Shown piece by piece: positions 1-9,271 of a DNA stretch of 24,000 bases. Origin of the DNA: an uncultured Actinomycetota bacterium (GTDB taxonomy: Bacteria; Actinomycetota; Thermoleophilia; Solirubrobacterales; Solirubrobacteraceae); assembly GCA_963771675.1 (NCBI GenBank), contig CAVYUJ010000008.1:311855-335854 (forward strand), in the 5' to 3' direction. Below the pieces are notes generated by a model. The model was not told the origin of the DNA, did no database searches, and saw nothing but the letters and a program-made list of their open reading frames with translations. Position 1 is the stretch's first letter. Each line of letters starts with the position of its first letter. A program made the position numbers and the translations under genes.

Positions 1-23
1 GCTCGCCACGGCTGAGGCTTCCA

Positions 24-260
24 TCAGGCTTCCATGCTGTCGACCCAGCCCGTGCGGTGGCTCCAGCGAAGCTCGAGCAGCTCAAACGGGACGTCGAACA
101 TATCGAAGGCCTCTCCGGTTTCCTTGTCTGAGACCTCAACCAGAGCACCATCAGCGGACACGCTGACAGCGGTGCCGACGGTGCCAGCCTTCCACGGCCC
201 GACGCGCTCTCGCAGTGCGACGAGGTCGTGCTCCTCGATGGTGTGTTTCACGACGGCCAT
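24..260 (-). CDS. DUF4926-like small protein (putative antitoxin-like partner of the upstream DUF6883 gene)
   Basis: 78-aa ORF. The motif 'EHDLVALRERVGPWKAGTVGTAV..DGALVEV' resembles the DUF4926 family as I remember it. The start overlaps the stop of the upstream ORF by 13 nt, a two-gene arrangement typical for this pair. Confidence 0.55.
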   Translation of the reverse strand: MAVVKHTIEEHDLVALRERVGPWKAGTVGTAVSVSADGALVEVSDKETGEAFDMFDVPFELLELRWSHRTGWVDSMEA

Positions 261-646
261 CGTGGCCCGATTCTAGTTGTGATAAATGCCGTCACCAACC
301 GCGGCGGATCCTGCTCCCACCGGATGTGCCAGGACGTCAGCACCGCGCCCACCCGGTCAGCGCAACCGCGCAGGCCGCGGACCGGGACGATCACCTCGCA
401 CAGCACGCTGCCATCGTCTCGATCACGAACCGCAGAGACGGGGATCTCCCGGAGTCCCGCCAGCAGGGAGCTGGCCAGGTAGTCGAGATCCTCACTCGTG
501 ATCGCAAGTACGCGAGCGAAACCCGCAGCCTTGGTGGCGCCGCTCGGGTGATCCGGCTTGAGCGAGTAGCCCGCAAGCTTCTCCTCGACACCATGGGCGT
601 CGTCGGCCCGCGGGAGCAACTCGCCGATCTGCGGTGGCCACGACAC
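248..646 (-). CDS. DUF6883-like protein
   Basis: 132-aa ORF. 'KLAGYSLKPDHPSGATKAAGFARVLAITSEDLDYL' and the C-terminal 'PPRLVTAFI' resemble the DUF6883 family, which is commonly paired with DUF4926. Confidence 0.5.
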   Translation of the reverse strand: MSWPPQIGELLPRADDAHGVEEKLAGYSLKPDHPSGATKAAGFARVLAITSEDLDYLASSLLAGLREIPVSAVRDRDDGSVLCEVIVPVRGLRGCADRVGAVLTSWHIRWEQDPPRLVTAFITTRIGPRWPS

Positions 647-670
647 GGCTCGATCGTGTCAGCGCGAACG

Positions 671-692
671 GACGCCCGCCGTGGCGGGCGTC
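671..692. terminator. GC-rich palindromic hairpin downstream of the integrase
   Basis: GACGCCCGCC-GT-GGCGGGCGTC forms a perfect 10-bp stem. It lies between the integrase stop (699) and the DUF6883 start (646). There is no U-tract. Confidence 0.45.
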
Positions 693-698
693 ACCGGC

Positions 699-1926
699 TC
701 AGGCTTCGTCCTGGGCGCCGAGGAGGTCGTCGAACTCGGCGACCATTCGGGAGCGACGCATGGTGCGTCGGCGCGCGTCGGACAGCTCTCGCACGTAGAC
801 CGCGCGGGTCACATTGGCATCGCGGTGTCCAAGCATGAACGCGACCTCGTCCACGCTTTCGCCAGCAAGCAGCGCGCGGCTTACAACGGTGTGACGGAAG
901 CTGTGCATCGAGGGCAGCGCTCCATGAGGAACCGGCACGGGATTCCCGCGCTCATCCAGGATGTGCAGGACTGGGAAGGTCGGATTCCCATCGTCATCGA
1001 CGGCTTTGACCTGAGCAGCACGCAAGGCCCGAGCGATGTTGCGCTGACTGAAAGGGCGGCCCGAACACGAAGCTGTCCGGGCGAACGAAGGCCGACGTCT
1101 GCCGGTGCGCAGCGAGAAGCCGTGCCAGCTGCGGCGGAATGGGGATCGTTCGCGCCGAGCCGTCAGTCTTGGTCGGGGCGAGGTTTCCGCGTCGATCAAC
1201 CTGATGTGCGAACTCGATCTGGGCGTCGTCGACGTCGTCGACGCGGAGGTTCGCCCAGGTGAGAGCCAGAAGCTCGGAGAGCCGCGCACCCGTCAGAGCA
1301 GCCACGGTGAACAGCGTGCGATACGGCTCGCCGGCGGCCGAGACGGTCTGCTCGAGTTCGCCGCGCTCGAAGATGCGGCGGCGCTTGCCCTTCGACGGCT
1401 TCGGTCGCTCCGAGGAGAGCATCATTGAGACCGGGTTCGTACCGACCCAGCCAAGCCGGCGGGCGGCGTACCGGTAGATCCGGTTCGTCACGCCGATGAC
1501 GATCACGATCGTGGACTCGGCGAGTCCATCCGCGCAAAGGTCGCGGACCAGCTTGGCGAGATCGTCCGGCGTGATCGTGTCGAGGCGACGTGCCCCGAAG
1601 CGGTCGAGCAGATGCTGCTCGACCGCGGTGCGGTAGCAAGACTCCGTCGCGGGCCTGAGGTCAAGCACCGGCCCCTGCAACCAATTCTCGGCAGCATCGG
1701 CTAAGCGGAGCCGGCTGTTATTAGCGACTTGCTCACCTCGAGCGCGCTGCGACAGGATCGTGTCTCGTGCCGCTCGAGCGGCGGTGATGCCTCCATCGAC
1801 CGTGCGCCAGCGCTGCTTGCCACCTCCGTCCTTGAAGCCCACCTCGTACACGCCGGTCGCCCGACGATAGATATTGCGCTCGACTCTGACCCGACGCGGC
1901 TGATTGCCTTCGCTCATCGCCGGCAC
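699..1926 (-). pseudogene. Tyrosine site-specific recombinase (phage-type integrase), frameshifted
   Basis: The N-terminal part is in ORF 994..1926 (SAM-like and core domains, 'ALTGARLSELLAL'). The C-terminal catalytic part is in ORF 699..1289 ('HSFRHTVVSRALLAGESVDEVAFMLGHRDANVTRAVY', i.e. HxxR..H..Y). The frames switch within 'gggcggccc' at about 1055-1066 ('PDSFVF|GRPFSQRNIARAL'). Confidence 0.85.
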
Positions 1927-2337
1927 CTACGCTGCGTGCGGGACGGTCGCAGCCAGATGCCGGGGCCGTCCGCCGCTCCGGCGCCAAGCGTCAAGATCTG
2001 CGCGACGGAAGTAGAGCTTGCAGTTCGGCCCGTCCTGCTCAGACGGAATTGCCCGTTCAGCGGCAAGCTTCCGGAGCGTGTCGCGATGGATCCCCAGGTA
2101 GTCAGCGGCGTGCCGTGAGTCGAACCACTCGTCCGCGCTACTCAGATCCCGGCTGGGGAATTGAGGGGCCACGGTTGCGAGCCGTTCGATCAGGCGCTCG
2201 GCAATCCGATCGATCAGAACGTCGAAGAGCGAGCTCGCGTCGACGGAGTCGATATCGCTGGCCGCATCGGGCCGGCTGCTCCGCATGCGAGGCGCCATGC
2301 TCGCGAGCTCGAGCCGGGGTGAGGCGTACGCTGCCAT
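1927..2337 (-). CDS. Excisionase/MerR-superfamily HTH DNA-binding protein (Xis-like)
   Basis: The C-terminal 'SRHAADYLGIHRDTLRKLAAERAIPSEQDGPNCKLYFRRADLDAW' is an excisionase-type winged HTH. The stop abuts the integrase ATG (1927/1926). The ATG at 2337 is preceded by AAGGAGG 8 nt upstream. Confidence 0.6.
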   Translation of the reverse strand: MAAYASPRLELASMAPRMRSSRPDAASDIDSVDASSLFDVLIDRIAERLIERLATVAPQFPSRDLSSADEWFDSRHAADYLGIHRDTLRKLAAERAIPSEQDGPNCKLYFRRADLDAWRRSGGRPRHLAATVPHAA

Positions 2338-2469
2338 CGTCGGGACCTCCTTCATAGGTCTCGGCCAGGCCCCGGGGTGTTCGCGCACCGCCGGGGCCAC
2401 GTCTTTGCTTATATCTAGAAGCTAGCAAGCGTGGCGGACGGACCCGCTTCCATCTGTAAGCTAGGTGCT

Positions 2470-2709
2470 ATGACGAGACGCGTGGCCATTGACGATCTCA
2501 TCGATGCTCAGGGCGTCGCGGACATCCTGCACCTCACCCATCGCAATACCGTCAGCCAGTACCAGCGGCGCTACAGCGACATGCCGAGTCCGGCCGTCGA
2601 TCTTGGCGCGGGCCGCGTCAAGCTGTGGCTGCGCTCCGAGATGACTCAATGGGCTGCAAAGCTCGACGCGACCGGCCGTACTCGTCCGGCTCGTCGGCTT
2701 CCTCGCTGA
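2470..2709 (+). CDS. Small HTH DNA-binding protein (AlpA/Xis-like), divergent from the xis-int genes
   Basis: 'IDAQGVADILHLTHRNTVSQYQRRY..MPSPAVDLGAGRVKLWLRSEMTQWA' has an HTH pattern. The ATG at 2470 is preceded by AGGTG. The longer GTG start at 2431 is less likely. Confidence 0.5.
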   Translation: MTRRVAIDDLIDAQGVADILHLTHRNTVSQYQRRYSDMPSPAVDLGAGRVKLWLRSEMTQWAAKLDATGRTRPARRLPR

Positions 2710-2800
2710 CCGCGCCTGAGGCGGCCACCGCCTCAACGAGGTAGCCGTTCAGGAAGAGAAGGTCTTGTGTGAGTGAGCCCTCTGACCCGGGGTGCATCCA

Positions 2801-2847
2801 CTCCTCGGCGGGAGACGGGTCCGGAAGACCCGTCTTCCGCCGAGGAG
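2801..2847 (+). other. 47-nt near-perfect hairpin (21-bp stem, CGGAA loop), the core of a larger structured non-coding stretch
   Basis: CTCCTCGGCGGGAGACGGGTC-CGGAA-GACCCGTCTTCCGCCGAGGAG. The single imperfection is a G.U pair on the plus strand (C.A on minus), which favours a plus-strand RNA. It is extended by GGGG(2789-2792)/CCCC(2851-2854). Confidence 0.45.
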
Positions 2848-3650
2848 TAACCCCCGCGGAGCGGACGCCGGAGCCGCGGGCAGGTCTTGCGAACTGCGGC
2901 AGGCTGTGACCCGCTAAGACGAGCCGGACGAGCCCCTCTGACCGGCTGACGGAGAACACCAGCGATCACCGACGATGCCGCACAACCAGCGTCCAGCGTG
3001 AGCTGCACACGCGGCACCTCATAGCCGGGGTCGATGCTGGTGGAGGCCGACGGCACGGGCCCGGTCGCTAACCATCGAAACCGTGGCGTTGCAATCGTGG
3101 GCGATTCTGGCCGCTGGCGAGCGCTCCCACGCGAAAGCGCATCCGCTGCCGGAGCCGCTTGTCGCCGCGGTCTGCCTATGCAGAGCCGGTCGCGCCGTGG
3201 CAACGGTCCGGCCCTGAGTTCCGCGCTAAGCAGGTTTCTGCCGCGAACCGGGAGGAGACCCGCTCTTAGCTACTCCGGGGCCCTGGGTCGCGCGCCCTGC
3301 TTTGGAGGAAACGCGGTACTCCCAACCGGTCGAGGTCGGCGACCGGCGAGAGCAGGTCGCGCTAGGCCCCGCAGGTGGCGAATATGAGGGGCGTTGCTTC
3401 GCGCGCGAACGGACTGGCTTTCATGTCCGCGCGAGCATCCTGCAACCAGCACGGCGTCGTCACCGCCTGCTGCTGTGGCGTGAGCTAGATCCTCGAGCGC
3501 CGCGGCTGCGGTGATCGGGGCGCCGGCGACCACGGTGCCTCGATCTGCTGCGCCAGCCGATCGTTGACTGCCGGACCAGCGAGCAGCAGGCGCCGGGACG
3601 ACGCGAGCGCGAGCATCTGGACAAGGATCTCGACAGCTCGCGCGAGCAGC

Positions 3651-3683
3651 GTGAGCCCCGTCTCGCGGCGATCCGGGGCTCAC
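3651..3683 (-). terminator. Hairpin just downstream of the fasciclin gene stop
   Basis: GTGAGCCCCG ... CGGGGCTCAC forms a 10-bp stem beginning 13 nt after the stop at 3696. There is no U-tract, which is common in high-GC genomes. Confidence 0.45.
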
Positions 3684-3695
3684 GCACCGCGTCGT

Positions 3696-4238
3696 TCAAC
3701 TTGCCGGAATCAACACCCGGTTGATGACGTGAATGACGCCGTTGGAGGTCATGACGTTCGTCTTCGTCACCTGCGCGTCCCCGACGTACACCTTGCCGGA
3801 GGAAACGCGGATGGGAACCGAGCCGCCCTCCAGCGTCTTTGCGGACTTCAGCTTGGTCACCTGCGCCGCGGTGACATCGCCCTTGACGACGTGATACAGA
3901 AGCACCGCCTTGAGCTTCGCGGGGTCCTTGGCGAGCTCGGCCAGCGTCGCCTTCGGAACCGCGGCGAAGGCGGCGTCGGTCGGGGCGAATACCGTCAACG
4001 GGCCGGGCCCCGACAGCGCACCCGCGAGGCCCGCCTGCTTGACGAGCGAAACGAGCGTCTTGAACTCGCCGGCGGCAACGGCCGTCTGGACGATGTTCGA
4101 CTGAGCCGGCGCAGCCGCCGTGCTCGACGTCGATGAGGTTGAGGCGGTGGTAGTCGAACTCGAGGACGAGCCGCCGCATGCGGCCAGCGTCGCGGCCAGC
4201 GCGACGCCGGCCAGAGTGGTGGCAAACAACTTCTTCAT
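3696..4238 (-). CDS. Fasciclin (FAS1) domain lipoprotein, paralog 1
   Basis: Signal peptide plus lipobox 'LAAC'. FAS1 motifs: 'FKTLVSLVKQAGLAGALSGPGPLTVFAPTDAAF', 'LLYHVV', 'NGVIHVINRVLIP'. Most aligned positions over the FAS1 domain match the ORF at 10879-11382. Confidence 0.9.
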   Translation of the reverse strand: MKKLFATTLAGVALAATLAACGGSSSSSTTTASTSSTSSTAAAPAQSNIVQTAVAAGEFKTLVSLVKQAGLAGALSGPGPLTVFAPTDAAFAAVPKATLAELAKDPAKLKAVLLYHVVKGDVTAAQVTKLKSAKTLEGGSVPIRVSSGKVYVGDAQVTKTNVMTSNGVIHVINRVLIPAS

Positions 4239-4274
4239 GGCTATCGGACTCCTTGTAGATACATCACGCGACGA

Positions 4275-4439
4275 TCAGCTCGTCGCGCTGGTTTCACGGA
4301 TACGAGGCGGCTCCGGCGCTGCCCTCCGTGCGGCGTCCTCGCGGCCGTCGAGCACGGCTGCGTAGATGAGCAGCGCGAGTGCCGCGGCGACGATCAACGT
4401 GACTAGCACGCCGACGACGAACAGGCCCGGGGTACTCAT
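4275..4439 (-). CDS. Small single-pass membrane protein (54 aa), absent from the supplied ORF track because it is under 60 aa
   Basis: My own translation: MSTPGLFVVGVLVTLIVAAALALLIYAAVLDGREDAARRAAPEPPRIRETSATS. The ATG overlaps the upstream stop as ATGA (4436-4439). It has one clear TM helix. Confidence 0.4.
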   Translation of the reverse strand: MSTPGLFVVGVLVTLIVAAALALLIYAAVLDGREDAARRAAPEPPRIRETSATS

Positions 4440-4654
4440 CGCTCGCCTCGCCGAAGCACGATTCCCCCGAGGGAGAGGATCGACGGCACCCAGATGCCCA
4501 CGAAGATCCCCTCCTGCCTATGCCCTCCGAACCACAGCACCACGGAGATCACGAACGACACGAACGCGGCGAACAGGATCAACGCCCGGGCACTCGCCTC
4601 GGGACGGGTCTTGACCAGCGTCTGCACTTTCTCCATCGATCGACCTTGACGCAC
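4436..4654 (-). CDS. Small two-TM membrane protein, unknown family
   Basis: 72-aa ORF with two hydrophobic helices ('ALILFAAFVSFVISVVLWF', 'GIFVGIWVPSILSLGGIVL'). It starts at the GTG at 4654 or the ATG at 4636 (MEKVQ..). Confidence 0.5.
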   Translation of the reverse strand: MRQGRSMEKVQTLVKTRPEASARALILFAAFVSFVISVVLWFGGHRQEGIFVGIWVPSILSLGGIVLRRGER

Positions 4655-4663
4655 GGCCGGCGA

Positions 4664-4888
4664 TCAGCCAGCGCAGCCGTGAGCCGCCAGGACCGCCGGA
4701 TCGGCGAACGCGGCAGCACCGCCCTGCGCATGCTGACCGAGCCGGAATCCGGGCTCAAAGCTCGACACGATCTGCCCGAAGGACGCACCACAGGACGACT
4801 TGATGGCCTGGCCCGGTCCTTGCGCGCTGGCCAGCGAAGGGACGGCGAGGCCTGTTATGGCAAGAGAAGCGGTGAGAAACCTCTTCAT
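4664..4888 (-). CDS. Small secreted protein (74 aa, signal peptide, two Cys), unknown family
   Basis: 'MKRFLTASLAITGLAVPSLASAQG' looks like a Sec signal peptide. AAGGAG sits upstream of the ATG. This is the first gene of a four-gene minus-strand operon ending in fasciclin. Confidence 0.5.
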   Translation of the reverse strand: MKRFLTASLAITGLAVPSLASAQGPGQAIKSSCGASFGQIVSSFEPGFRLGQHAQGGAAAFADPAVLAAHGCAG

Positions 4889-4942
4889 GAGGACTCCTTG
4901 GGTCGGGGTTGTTCTCGGCCCGCCGTGAGCCGTCTCCGTTTC

Positions 4943-5035
4943 CTAGACTAGACAGACTCTCTACGGACTTTGGACAGCGTATCTAGTCGGGCCACTGCTG
5001 TCAAGCTTTCGTCGATAGTCTGTCGAAGGTGTCGG
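4943..5035 (-). promoter_or_regulatory. Candidate sigma-70-type promoter overlapped by 11-bp-periodic ACA repeats (LitR/CarH-like operator module, copy 1)
   Basis: On the minus strand: TTGACA (plus 4999-5004), 17 nt, TACGCT (plus 4976-4981). Repeats upstream are ACAGACTATCG/ACGAAAGCTTG/ACAGCAGTGGC. Repeats downstream on the opposite strand are ACAGACTCTCT/ACGGACTTTGG/ACAGCGTATCT. It aligns with the module at 19598-19672 (shared 'ACTCTCTAC(A/G)GAACTT', 'CTAGA'). Confidence 0.45.
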
Positions 5036-5477
5036 TGGCGGGGCTGACGCCGATGCCGGCGGTCCCCGGACGGACATCACGGACGGGCGGAGTCGCCGGT
5101 GCGTTGTCAAGCCGGGTTATGAGCGCTCCGCGTGGACGACTTGAATCGCATGATGCGCGCGCACGCCTGGCCTCGCATCGCGGCCGACTACTGTCGCCGG
5201 TCGGCGAAGACCCCCATTCCCGTGCCGGCGTTTGTGGGACCGGCGCTCTCGTTGTTCGGTGGGTAGGTGTGCCCCATCTCTTGGCTGGCTCCCGCTCCTC
5301 GGCGACGAAACGGGACCTGGCCGAGGTGAGCGGGATCCGACAGCCGCCGAGGGGATCCCGCGAGTCTCCGGTGGCCGGCTGACATGCCCCCCCGGCACGC
5401 GGAGTTCACAGGATCCCGTGAAACCCCGGTCACAGGGGCCCAGCCGCCTTGGCCGCGGAGGCGCACAAGGCGGCGGG

Positions 5478-5726
5478 ATGTCATTGCGGAGCCCCACCGG
5501 AGGGCAAGTGCGGCCGCCGAAGTTCTATGCGCTGCGCGTCTCCCGTTGCGGCGCGACTGCGGTGACGGTTGATGGCCGGTTCGCGGCGTTGGAGCCCGAC
5601 CGGGGCCATCCGACGGGGCGGGCGCGGTGCGTGAGGGGCAAGGCTGCTCCGGCGATCGTGGGTCATGACGATCAGGTGTTGTCTCCGCTGCGGAGGACGG
5701 CGCCGAAAGGAGCGGATGACGCGTTG
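5478..5726 (+). pseudogene. Possible N-terminal remnant of a molybdopterin (MopB-type) oxidoreductase, cut off by the htrA 3' end
   Basis: 'VTVDGRFAALEPDRGHPTGRARCVRGKAAPAIVGHDDQVLSPLRR' follows the pattern V.DGR...GD..HP...G..C.KG......PDRL..PL.R of MopB N-termini. The Cys cluster is not intact, and the ORF runs antisense into htrA. Confidence 0.3.
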
Positions 5727-6770
5727 TTAGCCGCTGGGGAGTTCGCCGAGGGTGACGGTTGTGGTCCGGCGGGTTCCGTTGGTGTTCTCGGCCGTGATGG
5801 TGACTTTGTCGCCGGGGCGGTGGTCGGCGAGTGCGGTCGCGAGGTCGCTGGCATCGGCGATGCCGGTGCCGTTGAGTTTGATGATGGCGTCGCCGGCTGT
5901 GATCCCGGCTTCGGCGGCTGGGCCGTTTGGCTGCACGGTGACGACGAGCGCGCCTGACCGGATGGGGGTGTCGGCGACGCTGACCGCGAGTGACGCTCGG
6001 CGGGAGTTGACCACGCGGCCGTAGCGGATGATCTGCCCGGCGATGTCGGTCACGGTGTTGCTGGGGATGGCGAAGCCGATGCCGGCGGCGGGACTGCCGA
6101 GCTGGGGGTTTGCCGCGGCCAGGGTGGGAATGCCGATCACCTGGGCTTGGAGGTTGATCAGTGCGCCACCGCTGTTGCCCGGGTTGATCGCGGCGCTGGT
6201 TTGGATGGTGTTGGGCAGCACGACGCCGCGCCCCTCGCTGACATCGCGGCCGAGGGCGCTGACGATCCCGTCGGTGACGCTGCTCTGCAGGCCGAGCGGG
6301 TTGCCGACCGCGAGGACGATTTCGCCCACGGCCAGTGTTGAGGAGTCGGCGAAGCGGGCCGGCTTGATGCCCTTACCGGCGCCGATCGTGACGACGGCGA
6401 GGTCGTCGGGCGGGTAGGCGCCGACGAGTCGCGCGGGGAACCGCCGCCCGTCGGCCAGCGTGACCTGCATCCTGGTAGCGCCCTGCAGAACGTGCGCGTT
6501 GGTGACAACGTTGCCCCTCGCGTCGAAGATCACGCCCGATCCCAGACCGGCGTCGGTGGCGATCTGCACGACCTGCGGCTGGGTGGCTTTGACGACCGCG
6601 ACGTACTGCGCCTGGAGCGCCGCCGCGGATGGCTGTGCCGCCGGCTGCGCCACTCCCTGTTGGCTGGTGGAGGTGCCGCTACCGCCGCCTCCGCAGCCGG
6701 CGAGCAAGATCGTCGCCGCGATCAGTGGCGCAAGCCAGCGCGGAGAACGAAGGGGTGCCCGACTGGTCAT
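5727..6770 (-). CDS. htrA: HtrA/DegP-family S1C serine protease with C-terminal PDZ domain, lipoprotein
   Basis: Catalytic motifs are 'TNAHV', 'DDLAVV' and 'GNSGGAL'. The PDZ domain contains 'GALVVTVQPNGPAAEAGITAGDAI'. The lipobox is 'LLAGC'. The ATG at 6770 is preceded by GGAGGTG. The track ORF start at 7112 is an upstream extension overlapping ftsH. Confidence 0.9.
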   Translation of the reverse strand: MTSRAPLRSPRWLAPLIAATILLAGCGGGGSGTSTSQQGVAQPAAQPSAAALQAQYVAVVKATQPQVVQIATDAGLGSGVIFDARGNVVTNAHVLQGATRMQVTLADGRRFPARLVGAYPPDDLAVVTIGAGKGIKPARFADSSTLAVGEIVLAVGNPLGLQSSVTDGIVSALGRDVSEGRGVVLPNTIQTSAAINPGNSGGALINLQAQVIGIPTLAAANPQLGSPAAGIGFAIPSNTVTDIAGQIIRYGRVVNSRRASLAVSVADTPIRSGALVVTVQPNGPAAEAGITAGDAIIKLNGTGIADASDLATALADHRPGDKVTITAENTNGTRRTTTVTLGELPSG

Positions 6771-6774
6771 TCGC

Positions 6775-9039
<2,265 letters not shown>

Positions 9040-9187
9040 GCTCTCGAGTCTCCTTTCGACTGAGCGCCGGAAATGTGTCGTTCAGCCGAAGGCCTCTCCC
9101 GCCCCAAAGGGCCGGCGTGCCCGGGCCACGTGGGCCGTACTGACGAGCGACGCCCGTTCGGGGATACTGCCCCCCGGCACCGCTCAG
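9040..9187 (-). promoter_or_regulatory. Conserved structured 5' leader of ftsH (copy A of a two-copy cis-regulatory RNA candidate)
   Basis: About 85% nucleotide identity with the region upstream of htpX (22472-22623). The closing helix is CUGAGCG..GCCGG / CCGGCGCUCAG, and its 3' strand ends 3 nt before the SD GAAAGGAG. The internal hairpins keep their stems but differ in their loops. Confidence 0.6.
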
Positions 9188-9271
9188 TGCAGCGTCGGGC
9201 CAACCGTCGCCACGAACTCCTGCGACCTGCAGGCCCGCGGCAGTTCGAGAGCCAAGGCGTCATCCTCCGGG

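Noticed and set aside
3038-3100. Read on the minus strand, the sequence gives ...GUCGGCCUCCACCA, which looks like a tmRNA/tRNA acceptor 3' end. 'ACGGUUUCGAUGG' nearby is reminiscent of the tmRNA 5' GGUUUCGAC.
   Set aside because: There is no T-arm (GGTTCGAnnCC) preceding the acceptor strand. There is no complementary 5' GGGGGCC strand at a sensible distance. The motif order is wrong for tmRNA. No tag-peptide reading frame ends in an ..ALAA-like sequence.
2847-3325. RNase P RNA-like snippets: GGAGGAAACGCGGTACTCC (about 3303-3321) versus GGAGGAAAGTCCGGGCT, GTAACCCCCGCGGAGCGGACGCC (about 2847-2869), and the reverse complement of TAAGCAGGTTTCTGCC (about 3227-3242) versus ACAGAACCCGGCTTA.
   Set aside because: The motifs lie on different strands and in the wrong 5'-3' order. 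The highly conserved GTCCGGGC and GGTAAGGGTGAAA blocks are missing. This is most likely chance similarity in GC-rich sequence.
662-3414. The 12-nt direct repeat GCGCGAACGGAC at 662-673 and 3403-3414 was considered as possible attL/attR of the integrase element.
   Set aside because: In a 24-kb sequence of about 70% GC, exact 12-mers are expected to recur many times by chance. There is no tRNA/tmRNA target and no extended similarity around the repeat.
5250-5450. A cobalamin riboswitch was considered, which would be attractive given the B12-dependent LitR nearby.
   Set aside because: I could not find the B12 box (GCCACTG-like) or the conserved GGTG..GAATCC / AGCCAGGAGAC core. Only generic GC hairpins are present.
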